64,000 nt of DNA. Source: Mobula hypostoma. Its lineage: Eukaryota. Under the pieces are notes generated by a model, which was not told the origin of the DNA, searched no databases, and was given only the letters and a program-made list of their open reading frames with translations. How positions within the stretch are numbered: the stretch's first letter is position 1; the number at the start of each line of letters is the position of its first letter. Shown here one piece after another: positions 59,290 to 64,000 of this stretch. The DNA is taken from positions 31,682,001 through 31,746,000 of the forward strand of contig NC_086101.1 of NCBI RefSeq assembly GCF_963921235.1, given 5' to 3'. The position numbers were made by a program, and so were the translations under genes.

Positions 59290-61990
59290 CTTCAGTGAGC
59301 CTGAAACAACACAGGTTCAAATCCCCCCACCCCAGTATAAACCTGGCACATGTCCAGGCCATCGTAAACAAACTGGATGAACTTAAAGCTACACTCGTTA
59401 TTAAAAGGAACTCAGGGTCTGCTGTGTACTCTGTCTCACTGAAATGTGATTCACGCTGGCTTCACCTTCAATTCGCCAAATGGACTGGACAGCACCTTGG
59501 GCAAAGCAAGCGGTGGAGGAGGTTGTTTCCAAATCAATTCATTCTCGTGAGTTCCTGCTCACCTGACTCGGCATATCAAACAGTGAAGTGTGGTCCGTAC
59601 TGCCGCCCATTGGAGTTCACTTCAGCCGTCTATATCCCACCCTAGGTGTTTCTGAAGCCTGCACTCAATGAATTATACTCCACGATCAACCGCCCTGAGG
59701 CAGGACACCCTGGGGTCCCCTTGATCATAACTAGGGACTTTAAGAGTTTGTTACCAAAATACTAACAACACACCTCCTGTCCCACAAAGGTCCAAACATC
59801 CTTAACCATTGCTACACAACCATCAATGATAGCAATACCAATCCGCAACCTCCCCCAACCCCCCCAACACACACTTTGGTTAATCAGACGACCAAGCTGT
59901 GCTCCTGCTCCCTGCATACAAACAGGAACTGAAACAGGAAGATCCAGTATGGAATGTCTTACAGTGCTGCTCTGAGGAAATAGTTGAGCCTCTATACTCA
60001 GTGGACTAGTCCATATTCAAAGACTCAACAGCCAACTTAGATGAGTATATCAGACCATCACAGACTTTATCAGCCAGTGTGTTGAGGACTGTGGGAAAAC
60101 TTGGTGTTCCTAAACTGGAAATCATGGATGAACAAGGAGATCTACTCCCTACTGAATCTAAGTCTGGGGTTTGCAAGTCAAGTAACCATGCAGGAAATCA
60201 AAGTTTGGGCTTTGTAAATGTATCAGAAATGCCAAAAGACAGTAGCAGATCATACTATAATCCCTGCCCAATTATCATTTCTGGCAGGGCACCTTAGAAT
60301 GGTCCCTAAATTGAAGCTGGACAATATTGCTGACAATTATGCATCCCTCCTCAATGTGCTTATCACATTCCATGCTCATTTTGAACAGAAAAAGATTGGA
60401 ATGTCACCGCCCACCCTTATAGACCCCATTGCACGAACCTACAGTCACTGTCGCAGGCGTGAGATCAGTTTTCGGGGGTGTAAACTTGCAGAAAGTATTG
60501 TGCCAGGATGATGTAGCCAGCCATGTCTTTCAATCCTCACAGATCAGCTGGTGGAGGGTATTTGCAGGCATTTTCAACTTCTTCCTGCTCCAATGTGAGG
60601 TTCCCACCTGCTTATAAGAAGACCACTATCATCCTGTACGAAAGAAGACTGAGGTATCGTGCCTTGATGAAGTATTTCAGGATGTTGGTGATGGCACATA
60701 TCAACTCCAGGCTCCCAAACAACCATGACACACTTCAATTTACCTACTGCAGAAACAGATCCATGACAGATACCACCTCCCTGGCTCTACTCTCAACTAG
60801 AGCATCTGGACCGTAAAGACACCAATATTAGATTCTTGTTTATTGACTACATCTCCACTTTCAATACTATAATTCTAGGCAAACTCCAGACTTGGGACTC
60901 AATGCCTGACTTGCAACTGGGTCTTCGACTTCCTGAACAACAGACTACAGTCAGTAAGGACAGACAGCAACACCTCCAGTATTATTATTCTAAACACTGG
61001 GGCCCCACAAGGCTGTGTCCCCAACTCCCTTCTTTATTCCCTGTATACAAACATCTCCGTGAGAAAAATTTTATTCAAATCCATCAATTTGTTTGCAGTT
61101 GATCTATTTTTTAAAATTTATTTTATTTTATTTAGAGATACTGTGTGGAATAGGCCCTTCCAGTAATTCAAGTGGCACTGCCCAGCAACCCACTGATTTA
61201 ACCCTAGTCTAATAACAGGGCAATTTAAAGTTACCAATTAACATATTAACTTACTGGACAGTGCGAGGAAACAGGAGCACCCAAAGGAAACCCCCGTGTA
61301 CATGGAAAGGAACATACAAATTTGCATAGAGAAGATGCCGGAATTGAACTGTGAACTCTGAAACCCCAAGCTGTAATAATGTCATGCTAACCACTACACT
61401 AGTGTGACTCCCCTGTAGATACCATTGTAGCGGGCCACGTCTGTATTAATGATTTGGAGTACAGGAAGGAAACATAGAGCTTAGTATCATGGTGCCATTA
61501 CAACAACCTTTCCCTCAATGTCAACAAAACGAAAGAGCTAGTCATTGACTTCATGGTGGACGGTACCCATGCTCCTGTCTGAGGTGGAGAAAGCTGAGAA
61601 TTTCAAGTTCCCAGGTGTAGTTTTCACTAAAAGCTTGTCCTCGTCCAACCACATTGAAGGCTAAGGAAATTCGGCATAGTCATGATGACTCTGTCCTGTT
61701 TTTACAAATGCACCATGGAGAGCATCCTTTCCAGATACAACACATCCTGGTATGACAACTGCTCTGCCCAAGACCACAGGATATTGCAAAAAGTTTTGAA
61801 CACTGTAAAGCCTATCACACATAAACTCTCTACATTTCTTGCTGTCTCAGTCATGCAAACAGCTTGATCAAAGGCCATGCTCAAGGATAGCTTCTACCGC
61901 ACTATTGTAAGACTATTGAATTGCTCCTTGGTACAGTGAGATTGCTGCTTGACCTCACAATCTACCTCTTTATTATCTTCCTCCTCATTG
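59290..61990 (+). mobile_element. Degraded Rex1/Babar-like LINE
   Basis: LAHVQAIVNKLDEL; ALMKYFRMLVMAHINS..LQFTYCRNRS; MFIDYISTFNTI; YKCTMESILS. Confidence 0.72.
61090..61415 (-). mobile_element. HE1-like V-SINE nested in the Rex1-like LINE
   Basis: gaggaaacaggagcacccaaaggaaaccc is the reverse V-domain; tRNA-like head near 61330-61410. Confidence 0.65.
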
Positions 61991-62893
61991 TCTGCCTCTG
62001 TGGAAGTTGCAGAAAGGTAAGGGCTAAGACATCTTCAGGCAAGGATGGTTAGTGTGCAGTCAACCCAGGCAAAAAAGGTCTGAAGAGCCTAGCTTCTCTT
62101 TGTACAGTTGGGGACTGGAGCCATTTACATATGGAGACAAGATAAGGATGTAACAGAGGGGACACACAAACTAAGGAACAATAACTTTGTTATTTTCAAA
62201 GTTTCATTCATTTTTAGCTTATAGTTTCTATTGATTTTAACACCTGTATTGTGAATAGTGATTGATCATGCAAGTAAGGAATTTGAACATAGAGTATACC
62301 AAATGATCAATATCCGTATATGTTAGTCAACTAAGTATAAAAATGACATTCCTCTGTTCAGAATTCAGAACAGCCTGGGTGACATGGGCCATGCTGTTCT
62401 CATTATATGCAAGTAAATATAATTGAGGAATGAGTGCGAGTTTTCAATCCTGCTGAAGGGTCTCGCCCGAAATGTCGACGGTACTCTTTTCCATAGATGC
62501 TGCCTGGCCTGCTGAGTTCCTCCAGTAGTTTGTGTGTGTTGCCGCGAGTTTTCAGAGTCCAGTTACTCGGCTGCACTGCACTTTCTCTGTCCTGTAACAT
62601 TTTATTGTTTTTACTTTTATTATCTTAATGTATTTATGCATGGCAAGATCTTCAAGGATGGTACACGAACACCACAATCAATCACTGATTGCAAAGCTGG
62701 ATGTTGTTCCCTGTGGGCTGGGAGTATCCACGTGACTGGCAGTCGGCCAAAGGGTTTCGGACCAAAACATCGACTGTACTCGTTTCCTTGATGCTGACTG
62801 GCCTGCTGAGTTCCTCCAGCATTTTGTATTTGTTGCTGGGTAATTTCCAGCATCTGCAGATACTCTCTTGTTTGTGATTGGCAGTCCGTCATC

Positions 62894-62912
62894 GTGCGCC
62901 CTCTAGCGGCCG
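62894..62912 (-). promoter_or_regulatory. Strong CTCF-motif match in a CpG-rich unique segment
   Basis: Minus strand CGGCCGCTAGAGGGCGCAC fits the CTCF core CC(A/G)(C/G)(C/T)AG(A/G)(G/T)GGC(A/G). Confidence 0.5.
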
Positions 62913-63339
62913 AGCCTGCGTTCCCGTGAAGTGACGCCTGATGACTGACAGCATCAGTGGTCGGGACAGGGTAAATCCTGGTCGCAGACATCAGATGTTT
63001 TCTCGACAACTCTCTGACTGCCAGGGTTACTGGGCTAGCAAATTCAGGATGGACTGAGTATCCCCGGCTGGGAGATGGAGACGTAGAGCTGGTGTATTCA
63101 CAATGCAAACCAGTTAAGCTCATGCAATATTCAACTTTCAGAGAAATCAACACGTTAACTCTTGGCGTTGCGGGATGAAGTTTTCAGGGTCAGGGGTCAA
63201 CGTGGTTCAGAACAGATACGGAAATCTGTCTTTCAACCCAACTCTTTCAGCAGGACAAAGATGTCTCTCTGAGCTAGTCCCATTTGCTTGTATTTGGCTC
63301 ATGTCTCTCTGGATTTTTTTCTATCCAAGTGCCTTCCGA

Positions 63340-64000
63340 TTGTCATTTAAACATTGTACTTTTATTATGAATAAAGTTTGTTCTGTTAAAAAAAATAAAC
63401 ATTGTAATTGTAACCATGTCTCTCTACGTGGAGAAGTTGCTCCTCAGGTCTCTTTTAAATCTTCCCCTCTCATGTTAAGTCTATGCTCTCGAGTTTTAGA
63501 CTCCCCGAACCTGGGGAGAAGACTGTAACCATTAACATCGTCTATTTCCCTCATGATTTTATATATTTCTTTAAGCACATCCCTCAACATCCTATGCTCC
63601 AGGAGTACAAGTCCCAGCCTCTCCTTAACACCTTTGTGAATCTTTACTACACTCTTTCCAGCATAATGACTTCCTTCCCTTTGCTGGGGGAACCAGAACC
63701 GTACGCAGTACTCAAAAATGTGATCTAATGTATGTCTGCTATAATGATGTCCAATTCCTGTACTCAGTGCTTCAACTGATGAAGGCCAGCATATGAAACG
63801 TCTTCTTCACCACCCTGTCTACCTGTGCTGCCACTTTCAGAGAACCAGGTACCTGTACCCCCAGGTCTTTCTGTCTACAACAGTCCCCAGGGCTCTGCCA
63901 TCATCGTATAAATCTTGCCATGGTTCAATTGACCAAAGTGAATCACTTCACATTTGTCAAAGTTAAATTTCTTCAAAGGCAAACTTCTTCACTCTCCACT
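63340..64000 (-). mobile_element. Degraded CR1 3' region
   Basis: Same CR1 3' motifs (ctgtactca..atgaaggccag..ccaccctgtctacctg) as at 13300 and 27420. Confidence 0.7.

Noticed and set aside
61950-62160. TM-like LFIIFLLIVCLCGSCRK, GTAAGG donor, short intron and WGLEPFTYGDKIRM*
   Set aside because: The hydrophobic part derives from the Rex1-like 3' UTR, and no protein family was recognised.
1-64000. CRISPR arrays, rRNA, prokaryotic systems, and class II beta or other MHC-region genes
   Set aside because: No repeat-spacer arrays or rRNA-like sequence were seen, and no beta1/beta2, TAP, PSMB or other recognisable exons were found.

Overview
Repeat-rich vertebrate genomic DNA. It is very probably an elasmobranch (shark or ray), inferred from HE1-like V-SINEs and a shark-type MHC class II alpha sequence. 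The only host gene I can support is an MHC class II alpha-chain gene on the minus strand: exon 2 (alpha1) 55777-56025, exon 3 (alpha2) 54087-54367, exon 4 (CP/TM/CYT) 39403-39550. In this sequence it is disabled by a TAA nonsense codon in exon 2 and a 1-bp deletion in exon 3, and no leader exon was found. Its 14.5-kb intron 3 holds a 4.9-kb AcademX-type DNA transposon (TAG..CTA ends, 3-bp TSD, XPG-like nuclease, Cys8 finger). The rest is nested transposons: CR1 (one near full length), Rex1/Babar-like LINEs, Penelope-like elements with minimal hammerhead ribozyme motifs, Gypsy and BEL/Pao remnants, three LTRs with TSDs, Tc1, hAT, MITEs and SINEs. Two L1-clade insertions within about 5 kb have a twin-priming (5' inversion) structure. 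Two CpG-rich islands are not explained by repeats: 20.5-21.15 kb (five CCAAT-type boxes at exact 25-bp spacing next to a leader-like exon) and 62.88-63.2 kb (strong CTCF motif). Boundaries marked by TSDs or splice sites were counted base by base; other repeat boundaries are approximate. No databases were searched, so family assignments rest on recognised motifs.
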